A DNA stretch of 64,000 nucleotides, from positions 25,058 through 89,057 of the forward strand of contig DATHTR010000123.1 in assembly GCA_035463095.1 (NCBI GenBank). Direction: 5' to 3'. The DNA comes from Candidatus Angelobacter sp. Lineage in GTDB: Bacteria > Chloroflexota > Limnocylindria > QHBO01. The notes under the pieces were generated by a model. It saw only the letters and a program-made list of their open reading frames with translations. It ran no database searches and had not been told where the DNA came from. This document shows positions 15,722-26,312 of this stretch, one piece after another; the first letter of the stretch is position 1, and each line of letters opens with the position of its first letter. Position numbers and translations under genes: made by a program.

Positions 15722-15822
15722 GCGATCGGCCAGCACACCTGGGTGCGCAGCTCAGCCTCTTCGACCTCTCCCGGAATGTCGACGGACGACTCCCACGGCC
15801 CGGCGCTGAGGGCGTCGACCAT
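15718..15822 (-). CDS. Candidate 34-aa small ORF (MVDALSAGPWESSVDIPGEVEEAELRTQVCWPIA)
   Basis: Below the ORF-track size cutoff. GAAGGAGG lies 9 nt upstream of the ATG. GC3 is about 88%, like real genes here. No recognisable family. The stop overlaps the Clp_N gene stop (CCTAGG). Confidence 0.3.
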   Translation of the reverse strand: MVDALSAGPWESSVDIPGEVEEAELRTQVCWPIA

Positions 15823-15889
15823 CGGCGGGATGCCTCCTTCTGGCAACGTCTAGACTCTGCGCTGACCATCATCGCCGAGCGGAGCGGCC

Positions 15890-17599
15890 GTGAGCGACAG
15901 CCTGAAGTCACAATCCGAGGACCGCGGACGGACCGTTCACGGCGAGGCGGCGAACGCCGGGCACCGCGTCCTGGCGCCCGACGACGCCGAGGTCGAGGCG
16001 TACCTCGAGCAGGCACTGCACGCGCCTCCACCGCAGCGCATCGAGACCGAGGCGCCCGAGCGACCCGACGCCGTGGCGATCCTGGACTTCGGCAGCCAGT
16101 TCGCCCAGCTCATCGCCCGTCGCGTTCGCGAGCTGAACGTCTACTCCGAGCTCCTGCCGCATGACACGCCGATGGCCGAGCTCGAGCGACGAGGGGTCAA
16201 GGCCGTGATCCTGTCCGGCGGGCCGGCATCGGTCTACGACGCGGAAGCGCCACGAGCCGATCCGGCCCTGTGGTCCGGCCGCATTCCCGTGCTCGGGATC
16301 TGCTACGGGCTGCAGCTGATGGCCCACGAGCTCGGCGGCGAGGTCGTGCCGTCCCGGAAGCGTGAGTACGGCCCGGCGAGCGTGACCATCACCGGGCATG
16401 GCGGCCTGTTCGAGGGCATCGAGCGCGAGCAGCCGGTCTGGATGAGCCACGGCGACGCGATCCTCCGGCCGCCCGAGGGCTTTCGGGCCACCGCCCAGAC
16501 CGACTCCACGCCGTACGCCGGCCTCGCCGATCCGGGCCGCAACCTGTACGGCATCCAGTTCCACCCGGAGGTCGTCCACACGCCCATGGGTCGGGACGTG
16601 CTCCGCAATTTCGTCGTGGGAGTCGCGGGCGCGCGCCCGAACTGGACGCCGGCCAACCTGGTCGAGACGACGGTGGCCGAGGTTCGGCAGCGGGTCGGCG
16701 GGGGCCACGTCATCTGTGCGCTGTCGGGCGGGGTGGACTCGGCGGTGGCGGCGACGCTCGTGCATCGGGCCATCGGCGATCAGCTGACCTGCATCTACGT
16801 CGACCACGGGCTCATGCGCAAGAAGGAGTCGGAGCTCCTGCGCGTCACCTTCGAGCGCGACCTCGGCATGAACCTCGTCATGGTCGATGCCCGCGAGCGC
16901 TTCCTGCGGCGGCTCGCCGGCGTCGAGGATCCGGAGGAGAAGCGACGGATCATCGGCGACGAGTTCATCCGCGTGTTCGAGGAGGAGGCGGCGACCCTGG
17001 GCCAGATCGATTTCCTCACCCAGGGGACGCTCTACCCCGACGTCATCGAGTCGACCACCGCCGAGACGAAGACCGCGCAGAAGATCAAGACCCACCACAA
17101 CGTCGGAGGCCTGCCGTCCGACCTGCGCTTCCAGCTGATCGAGCCGCTGCGCTATCTGTTCAAGGACGAGGTCCGGCGCGTCGGGCTGGAGCTGGAGCTC
17201 CCCGAGGCCATGGTCCAGCGGCAGCCGTTCCCCGGTCCGGGCCTCGCGATCCGGATCATCGGCGAGGTGACCGCCGAGCGGCTCGACACGCTGCGCGAGG
17301 CCGACTGGATCGTCATCGACGAGATCAAGGCCGCCGGCCTCTATCGGTCCCTGTGGCAGTCCTTCGCGATCCTGACGCCGGTCCGAAGCGTCGGGGTGAT
17401 GGGTGACGGCCGGACCTACGCCAACGTGGTCGCCATCCGCGCGGTCACCTCCGACGACGGCATGACGGCCGATTGGGCGCGGCTGCCGTACGAGGTGCTG
17501 GCGAAGATCAGCAGCCGGATCGTGAACGAGGTGCCGGGGGTGAACCGCGTGGTCTACGACATCAGCTCGAAGCCGCCCGCCACCATCGAGTGGGAGTGA
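15890..17599 (+). CDS. guaA: GMP synthase (glutamine-hydrolysing)
   Basis: GATase part is [22 protein letters not shown]-PPase P-loop is [11 protein letters not shown]-terminus is [11 protein letters not shown] at 15890 has GGAG 5 nt upstream but gives a ~60-aa N-terminal extension. GTG at 16073 is an alternative. Confidence 0.92.
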   Translation: MSDSLKSQSEDRGRTVHGEAANAGHRVLAPDDAEVEAYLEQALHAPPPQRIETEAPERPDAVAILDFGSQFAQLIARRVRELNVYSELLPHDTPMAELERRGVKAVILSGGPASVYDAEAPRADPALWSGRIPVLGICYGLQLMAHELGGEVVPSRKREYGPASVTITGHGGLFEGIEREQPVWMSHGDAILRPPEGFRATAQTDSTPYAGLADPGRNLYGIQFHPEVVHTPMGRDVLRNFVVGVAGARPNWTPANLVETTVAEVRQRVGGGHVICALSGGVDSAVAATLVHRAIGDQLTCIYVDHGLMRKKESELLRVTFERDLGMNLVMVDARERFLRRLAGVEDPEEKRRIIGDEFIRVFEEEAATLGQIDFLTQGTLYPDVIESTTAETKTAQKIKTHHNVGGLPSDLRFQLIEPLRYLFKDEVRRVGLELELPEAMVQRQPFPGPGLAIRIIGEVTAERLDTLREADWIVIDEIKAAGLYRSLWQSFAILTPVRSVGVMGDGRTYANVVAIRAVTSDDGMTADWARLPYEVLAKISSRIVNEVPGVNRVVYDISSKPPATIEWE

Positions 17600-17604
17600 G
17601 CTCG

Positions 17605-18144
17605 ATGCGTCCCCGCCTGGCGCTGCTCGCCATGGTGCTGGCGCTCGCCGGCTGCGCCGGCGCCGAGGGCACGCCGACGCCGACCACCACACCGAGCGGC
17701 GACCCGTTCGAGCGGCCGCAGGGCGATCCGGCGACCGGGGCGGTGGTGGGGATCGGCGAGGGGACGGCCTTCGAGACCGGGTGGCGGTACGCGATGTACC
17801 CGACCGAGGACGGATGGTGCGCGCAGATCGATGTCGACGATGCCATTGATTCCCGCTGTGACGACGTCCTGCCGGGCGAGGGCGAGGTGCTCGGCAGCGT
17901 CGGCGTGCGGACCGCCGACAGCAGCGGGGCCACGGTGGTCGACGTCATGGCCACCACCGAGGTGGCGACGGTCTGGCTCGTCTCCGGCCCCACCGCCCGG
18001 ATCCCGGCCACCGGCATGCCGCCGCCGGACGGGGTCGAAGGCCAGGCCTGGGTGGGCGTCATGCCCGAGGATGCTCCGGTGACGCACGTCCAGGCCGTCG
18101 GATTCAACGGCCAGGTGCTCGACACCGTCGACCTGCGGGAGTAA
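17605..18144 (+). CDS. Lipoprotein, unknown function
   Basis: Signal peptide plus lipobox: MRPRLALLAMVLALAGC. ATG at 17605 lies within ORF 17473..18144. Confidence 0.65.
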   Translation: MRPRLALLAMVLALAGCAGAEGTPTPTTTPSGDPFERPQGDPATGAVVGIGEGTAFETGWRYAMYPTEDGWCAQIDVDDAIDSRCDDVLPGEGEVLGSVGVRTADSSGATVVDVMATTEVATVWLVSGPTARIPATGMPPPDGVEGQAWVGVMPEDAPVTHVQAVGFNGQVLDTVDLRE

Positions 18145-18162
18145 CGCGGAGGCCCGTCTGCC

Positions 18163-18699
18163 GTGAGACCGACCCTGCTCCTCGCGACGCTGGTCCTCGC
18201 GGGATGCAGCTTCCTCAACCCGCAGCCGGGGCAGGATCCGGCCGTCCCGGGCATGGACGAGGACACCGCCCCGCTCGGGCCGGTGGTCGAGGTGGGCCGC
18301 GGCCAGACGGTGAGGGGGGAGTTCCGCTACCTCGTCTGGGAGTCGCGCCTCGGCACCTGCACGAGGGTCGAGTTCGCCGATGGCGACGGTCCGATGAGCT
18401 GCGGCGGGACCCTGCGCTCACTCCAGTCGGTCGAGCTGTCGAGCTTCGGTGGCGGGACCGGCGGGTGGGACGTGGAGGGCCGCGCTCGCGACGAGGTCGC
18501 GGAGGTCTGGCTCGACGTCGAGACAGGCGCCCGCGTGCCCGTTCCGCTCCTCTCCCTCGCCCGTGCCGGGCTCGACGGCCAGGTGTTCTACACCGCCGTC
18601 GCCGAGGAGATGCGCCCGGTGCGACTCGTCGCCCTCGACGCCGACGGCGAGGTCATCGCCGAGGTGCCGATCGACACCAGGGAGCCACCACCGCCCTGA
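18163..18699 (+). CDS. Lipoprotein, paralog-like of the preceding gene
   Basis: MRPTLLLATLVLAGC lipobox. Similar size and Cys spacing to 17605..18144. Confidence 0.65.
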   Translation: MRPTLLLATLVLAGCSFLNPQPGQDPAVPGMDEDTAPLGPVVEVGRGQTVRGEFRYLVWESRLGTCTRVEFADGDGPMSCGGTLRSLQSVELSSFGGGTGGWDVEGRARDEVAEVWLDVETGARVPVPLLSLARAGLDGQVFYTAVAEEMRPVRLVALDADGEVIAEVPIDTREPPPP

Positions 18700-18706
18700 C
18701 GGGACG

Positions 18707-19168
18707 TCACTCCGGCTCGGTCAGCCGGTGGCGGCGGTGCCAGTCGCTGATGGACTCGCGGGTGTTTCGCTCCGTGGCGTAGTCGTCGGGCGAGGACGGC
18801 GGGCGGGCCCAGGCCGGGGCCTCCGAGGTGAACACGTGGACCCGCTCGAGGGGCTCGGGAAGGGGCGTGTCGATGGCCGAGGCGAACGGGTACACGAAGT
18901 CCGATGCCGCATCGATGGTCAGGTACAGGGCACTGCCGCAGCGCGAGCAGAAGCGGGTGCGGGTCGTGTCAGGAGCGGAGAACTCGGTGATCGCATCGGC
19001 GCCCTCCACCGTCAATGTCGAGGCCTGCGCCAGCAGGTTCGCGGCGGCACCGGTGCCGCCGGCCGTCTTTCGGCAACGTGCGCAGTAGCAGCGCCGATAC
19101 GGGTACGGCGTGCGCGTGTCCACGGTGAATCGGACTGCACCACAGAAGCAGGAGCCGGCGAGCTGCAT
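18707..19168 (-). CDS. GFA/CENP-V family (glutathione-dependent formaldehyde-activating-like) protein
   Basis: N-terminal GSCFCGAVRF plus the CxxC...CxxC pattern (CYCARC, CSRCGSALY). Confidence 0.75.
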   Translation of the reverse strand: MQLAGSCFCGAVRFTVDTRTPYPYRRCYCARCRKTAGGTGAAANLLAQASTLTVEGADAITEFSAPDTTRTRFCSRCGSALYLTIDAASDFVYPFASAIDTPLPEPLERVHVFTSEAPAWARPPSSPDDYATERNTRESISDWHRRHRLTEPE

Positions 19169-19281
19169 GCGCCGATGCTAGCGGGCGCACCGCAACGAGG
19201 TGCTCGTCGCGGCATCCATCCGGGTCCCAGATCGAGCAGGCAAGCGCATGTTCGGCGCACACCCGGTAGCATTCGCCGCAC

Positions 19282-22266
19282 ATGTCCAGCTGGTTCGACA
19301 AGCTTCTCGAGGATCTCCAGCGCCGCCAGGAGGAGGCCGATGCCCGTCGCGAGGGCCGCCCCTTCGAGCGCCGCGAGCGAAACGTGACCCCGATCGACGA
19401 GGCGCGCCGCGGGCGCGGCAACGGCGCCGACGGCGACGGGCCGCGCGGGCCGGGCGGTCCCCCGCCGGCCGCCGAGCTGCCGTGGCGCCGCTGGCTCCTC
19501 ATCGGCGGTGGCTTCGTCGGCCTCCTCTTCGTCCTCGGGCTGCTCGGGGGACTGGTGAACCTGGTCACCGACCTGATGTGGTACGACGCCCTCGAGCGGC
19601 GGGACGTGCTCACCACCCGTCTCTGGGCGCAGGTTGCGCTGTTCGGCATCGGGTTCGCGGCGATGCTCGTGCCGGCCCTGCTCAGCCCGTGGGTGGCGCG
19701 ACGAATCGCGCCGCAGGCGCCCGTCCGCCAGCTGGGTGGGGTCGAGCTGCCGGACGCCTCGCGCATCATCGGCTTCGCCACCGCCGCGGTGGCCGTCCTG
19801 CTGGCGCTCGGTTCCGGCGCGGCCTGGAGCGGTGCCTGGGAGACGATCCTCCTGTTCGTCAACGGGGACCCCTGGGGGGTCGAGGATCCGACCCTCGGCC
19901 GCGACATCGGCTTCTACGTGTTCGACCTGCCGTTCTGGCGCTTCCTGCTCGGCTGGGCATCGACCACGCTCATCGTCGTGGGCCTCCTCACCGTCGCCAC
20001 GTACGCCGTGCGGGCGCTGCGATGGCAGTTCCACCTCTCGGCGCCGGTCCGAGGCCACCTCTCGGTCATCGGCGCGCTGCTGCTCGGCGTGATCGCCGCG
20101 GGCTACCAGCTCGACATCGCCGAGCTGGCGTACTCGACCCGCTCGATCGGTGGATCGGTCCAGATGGCCGGCTACACCGACATGAACGCCCAGTACCCCG
20201 CCTTCATGATCCTGACCGGGGTCGCCATCGTCTCGGCCGTCCTGCTGCTGCTCAATACGTTCTTCCGCACCCTGTGGCTCCTGGTCCTCGCCGTCGGCGC
20301 ATGGCTCATCCTGTCCGTCGTCGTCGGCGGGCTGTACCCGAGCTTCGTGCAGCGCATCCAGGTCGAGCCCAACGAGCTCACCGTGGAGCGGCCGTATCTG
20401 CGCAATCACCTCGAGTCCACGCGCGCCGCATTCGGACTGGACGAGGTGGAGGTGCGCCGCTTCACCGGCCAGCAGAGCCTGACCCGCGAGGTCTTCGACA
20501 CCGACGAAGCCACGGTCAACAACCTGCGTCTGTGGGATTACCGACCGCTGCTCACCACCTTCGGGCAGCAGCAGATCCTGCGGCAGTACTACACCTTCAC
20601 CGACATCGACATCGATCGCTACGAGATCGACGGCGAGCAGCGCCAGATCATGCTCTCGGGCCGCGAGCTGGACGTCGGCCGCCTGGCGGACCAGGCGCGC
20701 ACGTGGACGAACGAGCGGCTCGTGTTCACCCACGGGTACGGCATCACCGCCGTCCCGGTGGACGCGGTCACGCCGCAGGGCCAGCCGGACTACCTCGTCA
20801 GCGGGCTGAACCCGGAGCCACGGCTGCCGGTCGCCGAGCCCCGGATCTACTTCGGCGAGGTGACCGACACGTACGTGGTGACCAACACCGATACCGCCGA
20901 GTTCGACTACCCGCTCGACGATCGCGAGGAGGACGGGGCCCGGACGGTGTGGGACGGCCCGACCGGCGTCGACATCGGCAACCCGCTCGCGCGGGCGCTG
21001 TTCGCCATGCGATTCGGCGACCTGAACCTCCTCATCAGCGACCAGCTCACCGGCGACTCCGAGATCCTGTTCCGGCGCCAGATCACCGAGCGGGTGCCCG
21101 AGATCGCGCCGTTCCTCTTCTACGACAACGACCCGTACCTCGTCTCGGCCGACGATCGCCTGGTCTGGATCTGGGATGCGTACACCGCCAGCAGCCGCTA
21201 TCCGAACGCCCAGCGCCTCGCCGAGGGCCGCTTCGCGGGGGCCAACTACGTGCGCAACAGCGTAAAGGTCGTGATCGATGCCTACGACGGCACGGTGGAC
21301 TTCTTCATCACCGACGAGTCCGATCCGATCATCGAGGCCTACGCCGACATCTTCCCGACCCTGTTCCGTCCGATCTCGGAGATGAGCCCGGCGCTGGAGG
21401 CGCACCTGCGCTACCCGGAGGACCTGTTCACCGTCGAGAACCTCGCGCTGCGGCTCTACCACCTGCCACCGACCGATGTGGGAGCCACCACCTTCTACAA
21501 CCAGGAGGACCGGTGGGCGATCCCCGACGACCTGTCGACCGCCGGGCAGGCCTCGCCGATGGAGCCGTACTACGTCACGATGCGCATCCCCGGCGAGGAC
21601 GAGCCGGAGTTCGTCCTCATCCAGCCGCTCGTCGCCGAGAGCCGGCCGAACATGATCGCGTGGTCCGCGGCGCGGATGGACCCCGGCTTCTACGGCGAGC
21701 GGATCGTGTTCCGCTTCCCGTCCGACACGACCACCCAGGGCCCGGTCCAGATCCAGTCACGGATCAACCAGAACGACACCATCAGCGAGCAGTTCACGCT
21801 GTGGACGAATGCCGGGTCGTCGGTGGTCCGCGGCAACCTGCTCGTCCTGCCCATCGGCGAGGACGCGATCCTCTACATCCAGCCGATCTTCCTCCAGGCG
21901 CAGGGTGCCCCGTTCCCGGAGTTCGTGCGGGTCATCATGGCCGACCAACGGAGGGTCGCCTTCGCCCGAACCGTGGAGGAGGGGCTGGCCCAGCTGCTCG
22001 GCGAGGCGGCTCCGCCGCCGCCCGAGGAGCCCGAGCCGGTCGACCCGGGTGAGAGCCCCGCCCCGTCCCCATCCCCCGAGCCGACCGATGACGGCACGGG
22101 CACCCCGCTGCCCGCTGACGTCGCAGGCCTCGTTGCGGAGGCGCAGCGACTGTACGACGAGGCGCAGACCGCCCTCCGTGCCGGTGACCTGGGCACATAC
22201 CAGGATCGGATCGACGAGCTGGCCGACGTGCTCGAGGCGCTCGCCGAGCGGACCGAGGGTCCGTAG
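19282..22266 (+). CDS. UPF0182 family large membrane protein
   Basis: 994 aa. N-terminal TM bundle followed by a large extracytoplasmic region. LVTDLMWYDAL...LWDYRPL...FTHGYGITAVP...YYVTMRIPGE match the conserved actinobacterial UPF0182 pattern. Confidence 0.85.
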   Translation: MSSWFDKLLEDLQRRQEEADARREGRPFERRERNVTPIDEARRGRGNGADGDGPRGPGGPPPAAELPWRRWLLIGGGFVGLLFVLGLLGGLVNLVTDLMWYDALERRDVLTTRLWAQVALFGIGFAAMLVPALLSPWVARRIAPQAPVRQLGGVELPDASRIIGFATAAVAVLLALGSGAAWSGAWETILLFVNGDPWGVEDPTLGRDIGFYVFDLPFWRFLLGWASTTLIVVGLLTVATYAVRALRWQFHLSAPVRGHLSVIGALLLGVIAAGYQLDIAELAYSTRSIGGSVQMAGYTDMNAQYPAFMILTGVAIVSAVLLLLNTFFRTLWLLVLAVGAWLILSVVVGGLYPSFVQRIQVEPNELTVERPYLRNHLESTRAAFGLDEVEVRRFTGQQSLTREVFDTDEATVNNLRLWDYRPLLTTFGQQQILRQYYTFTDIDIDRYEIDGEQRQIMLSGRELDVGRLADQARTWTNERLVFTHGYGITAVPVDAVTPQGQPDYLVSGLNPEPRLPVAEPRIYFGEVTDTYVVTNTDTAEFDYPLDDREEDGARTVWDGPTGVDIGNPLARALFAMRFGDLNLLISDQLTGDSEILFRRQITERVPEIAPFLFYDNDPYLVSADDRLVWIWDAYTASSRYPNAQRLAEGRFAGANYVRNSVKVVIDAYDGTVDFFITDESDPIIEAYADIFPTLFRPISEMSPALEAHLRYPEDLFTVENLALRLYHLPPTDVGATTFYNQEDRWAIPDDLSTAGQASPMEPYYVTMRIPGEDEPEFVLIQPLVAESRPNMIAWSAARMDPGFYGERIVFRFPSDTTTQGPVQIQSRINQNDTISEQFTLWTNAGSSVVRGNLLVLPIGEDAILYIQPIFLQAQGAPFPEFVRVIMADQRRVAFARTVEEGLAQLLGEAAPPPPEEPEPVDPGESPAPSPSPEPTDDGTGTPLPADVAGLVAEAQRLYDEAQTALRAGDLGTYQDRIDELADVLEALAERTEGP

Positions 22267-22295
22267 CTCCGCCGTGCGTCCCTAGACTGGGAGGC

Positions 22296-23573
22296 ATGGA
22301 GGTCCTCGTCCTCGGCGGAGGCGGCCGGGAGCACGCGCTCGCGTGGTGGCTGGCCCGCGACCCCTCGGTTCGCCGTGTGCGGATCGCGCCGGGCAACGGC
22401 GGGACCGATGCGGTGGCCGAGACGGTGCCCGACCTCGACCCGACCGATCCCGGCGCGGTCGCCCGGCACGCGGCGCGGGAGCGCTACGACCTCGTGGTGA
22501 TCGGTCCCGAGGCGCCCCTCGCGGCCGGGGTCGCGGACGAGCTCGCCGCGGCCCGGGTGCCGGCTTTCGGGCCGGGCCGTGCCGCGGCTCGCCTGGAGTC
22601 CAGCAAGGCATTCGCGAAGCGCCAGCTCGAGCGGGCGGGGGTGCCGGCGGCGGGGTCCGTCACCCTGGCCGACCTCGATGCGGCCCTCGCCCATGTCCGC
22701 GCCTCGGACCGGCCGCCGGTCGTGAAGGCCGACTGGCTGGCGGCGGGCAAGGGCGTGGTCGTCCCGGAGACGCACGAGGAGGCGGAGACGGCCGTCCGTG
22801 ATCTGCTGGAAGCTGCCCCGGGAGGGCGGCTCGTCCTCGAGGAGCGCCTCGAAGGGCGCGAGGTGAGCGTCTTCGCGCTGGTCGCCGACCAGGTGGTCGT
22901 GCCGCTGGCCGCCGCCTGCGATTACAAGCGCCTGGGCGACGGCGACACGGGCCCGAACACCGGCGGCATGGGCGCCTACACGCCGGTGCCCTGGTACGGC
23001 TCGGACGCGATCGAGCGAGCGGCGGCGGACATCTTCGAGCCGATCGCGTGGCGGATGGCGCGCGACGGCTTCCCGTATCGGGGCGTGCTCTATGCCGGGT
23101 TGATGCTGACCGACCGGGGACCGATGGTGCTGGAGTTCAACGCCCGCTTCGGCGACCCCGAGGCTCAGGTCATCCTGCCCCTGCTCCACGGCGAGCCGGC
23201 CCGGGCTCTGCTCGGCGTGGCCGTGGCGGATCGCGGCCTGATGGAGGATGCGCTCGAGCAGCGCGCGGGAGCCGCGGTCGGGGTCGTGGTGGCATCGGCG
23301 GGCTACCCGGAGGCACCGCGGCCCGGGCGGCCTCTCCGCGGCGCGGATCCGGCCTCGGATTCGGACGCGGGCCCGGTCCTCGTCTTCCACGCCGGCACGC
23401 GCCGCGTGGACGGTGGCTGGGAGACGATCGGTGGCCGCGCGCTGACCGTGGTGGGCATCGGCGACCATCTCGGGTCGGCTCGCGACCACGCGTATCGCGC
23501 CGTCGCCGGGGTGGAGCTCGACGGCGGCCGGCATCGATCGGACATCGCGCTCCGTGAGCTCGTCGCGCCCTGA
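22296..23573 (+). CDS. purD: Phosphoribosylamine-glycine ligase
   Basis: MEVLVLGGGGREHALAWWL...NTGGMGAY...EFNARFGDPE. Confidence 0.93.
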   Translation: MEVLVLGGGGREHALAWWLARDPSVRRVRIAPGNGGTDAVAETVPDLDPTDPGAVARHAARERYDLVVIGPEAPLAAGVADELAAARVPAFGPGRAAARLESSKAFAKRQLERAGVPAAGSVTLADLDAALAHVRASDRPPVVKADWLAAGKGVVVPETHEEAETAVRDLLEAAPGGRLVLEERLEGREVSVFALVADQVVVPLAAACDYKRLGDGDTGPNTGGMGAYTPVPWYGSDAIERAAADIFEPIAWRMARDGFPYRGVLYAGLMLTDRGPMVLEFNARFGDPEAQVILPLLHGEPARALLGVAVADRGLMEDALEQRAGAAVGVVVASAGYPEAPRPGRPLRGADPASDSDAGPVLVFHAGTRRVDGGWETIGGRALTVVGIGDHLGSARDHAYRAVAGVELDGGRHRSDIALRELVAP

Positions 23574-23596
23574 CCGACGCTATCATCGACCGGCAG

Positions 23597-24082
23597 ATGC
23601 CCACCGTTGCCGTCCTCTGCGGCTCCCGTTCCGACCTCCCGACCCTGAAGGGCTGCTTCGACGTCCTCGACTCCTATGGAATCGACTGGGAGGCGTCCGT
23701 CATCAGCGCCCATCGCCAGCCCGATGTGCTGCATGCGTACGTCGACGAGGCGGAAGCCGGCGGGGTCCGGCTCTTCATCGGCGCGGCCGGGCTCGCGGCA
23801 CACCTGCCCGGCGTGCTGGCCAGCCTGACGGCGAAGCCGGTGATCGGGATCCCGCTCGACGGCGGCGCGCTGGGCGGGGCCGACGCCCTCTATGCGGTCG
23901 TGCAGATGCCACCCGGCGTGCCGGTGGCGACCGTGGCGCTCGGCAGCGCCGGGGCGAAGAACGCCGCCCACCTGGCGGCCCGGATCCTGTCGCTCGGGGA
24001 CCCGGCCCTTGCCGAGCGGGTGGCCGCCTTCCGCGACGAGCAGGCCGGGAAGGCCGAGCTGCGGATCGACCCGCGCGCCTGA
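23597..24082 (+). CDS. purE: N5-carboxyaminoimidazole ribonucleotide mutase (class I PurE)
   Basis: VAVLCGSRSDLPT...GAAGLAAHLPGVLAS...PVIGIPL, a class I-type loop. Confidence 0.92.
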   Translation: MPTVAVLCGSRSDLPTLKGCFDVLDSYGIDWEASVISAHRQPDVLHAYVDEAEAGGVRLFIGAAGLAAHLPGVLASLTAKPVIGIPLDGGALGGADALYAVVQMPPGVPVATVALGSAGAKNAAHLAARILSLGDPALAERVAAFRDEQAGKAELRIDPRA

Positions 24083-24096
24083 GAGGTGCACCGGCC

Positions 24097-25398
<1,302 letters not shown>

Positions 25399-25409
25399 GC
25401 GTCCGACCG

Positions 25410-26312
25410 ATGCGGCGCTGGTGGTCCGATGCCGTCGTCGCCGCGGATCTCGTGGCCGGCCGCGCCGGCCTGTGGCTTCCCGGCGCCCTGGCGTGGGTCC
25501 TGACCGTGGGCTGGCTCCCGCTGCTCGTCGCGGTCGGACGCGCCCCGACGGCCGCGGACCTGACCTTCCTCGGCGCGCGCCTGTACACCTCCGGCGCGTG
25601 GCCGTGGAATGCCGCGGTGGTCGCCGCCGGTGCGTTCGGGGTGACCGCGGCGGCCATCGGCCTGGTGGCCGTGGCCGAGGCGATCCTGGTGGCCCGCCGG
25701 CCCGGGCTCAGTTTCCGCACCGTCACGCGGGTGACGGCGATCGGGGTGGTGACCGCCGCGCCGGCGATCGCGGTGGTGATCGCGGGAGCGGCGGCTTTCG
25801 TCATCGTCGCCCTCGGCGAGTTCAATGCCCCCGGCGCCGGCGATCCGGTCTGGCGCGCGCTCTCGACGATCGCACCATTCGCGCTGCCGCTTGCCGCCGC
25901 CTGGGCGGGAGGCGCCGCCGCCCACGCGGTCGCGGTGCGTGAGGCCGCGCTCGGGCGCGCGGGGATCGGCGAGGCGCTGGCGGCGATCCCGCGCCGGCTG
26001 CGCGGAGCGGGCGCAGCGGGGGTGCTCGCGGCGACGAGCGGGTTCCTGGCGGCGCTCGCATCGGCCGTGGTCGCCGCCGTGCTGCTGAGGGTGCTGTGGG
26101 CACCGATCGAGGCGCGCCTGGCGGTGGACGGCCCGGACCTCGCGGTCGCCCCGCTGCTGGTAGGCTTCGTGGGAATCTGGCTCTGCCTGGTGCTCGGTGG
26201 GGGGGCGCTCCACGCCTGGGCATCGGTGACCTGGACGCGGGTCCTGGCGCCGGCCGGCCGGACCGGCGATGAAGCCCGATGGCGCAGCACAGGAGAGCCG
26301 CATCGGCCGTGA
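25410..26312 (+). CDS. Polytopic membrane protein, unknown function
   Basis: 300 aa, Ala/Val/Leu/Trp-rich, with about 7-8 predicted TM segments. High GC3 in this frame. Starts 12 nt after purB. The stop overlaps the MgtC GTG (GTGA). Confidence 0.6.
   Translation: MRRWWSDAVVAADLVAGRAGLWLPGALAWVLTVGWLPLLVAVGRAPTAADLTFLGARLYTSGAWPWNAAVVAAGAFGVTAAAIGLVAVAEAILVARRPGLSFRTVTRVTAIGVVTAAPAIAVVIAGAAAFVIVALGEFNAPGAGDPVWRALSTIAPFALPLAAAWAGGAAAHAVAVREAALGRAGIGEALAAIPRRLRGAGAAGVLAATSGFLAALASAVVAAVLLRVLWAPIEARLAVDGPDLAVAPLLVGFVGIWLCLVLGGGALHAWASVTWTRVLAPAGRTGDEARWRSTGEPHRP

Noticed and set aside
19242-19253. SOS-box-like AAGC-GCAT-GTTC 29 nt upstream of the UPF0182 gene
   Set aside because: The right half and centre are identical to the lexA box, but the left half-site has 2 of 4 mismatches (AAGC vs GAAC). 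This is insufficient for a confident LexA site without binding data.
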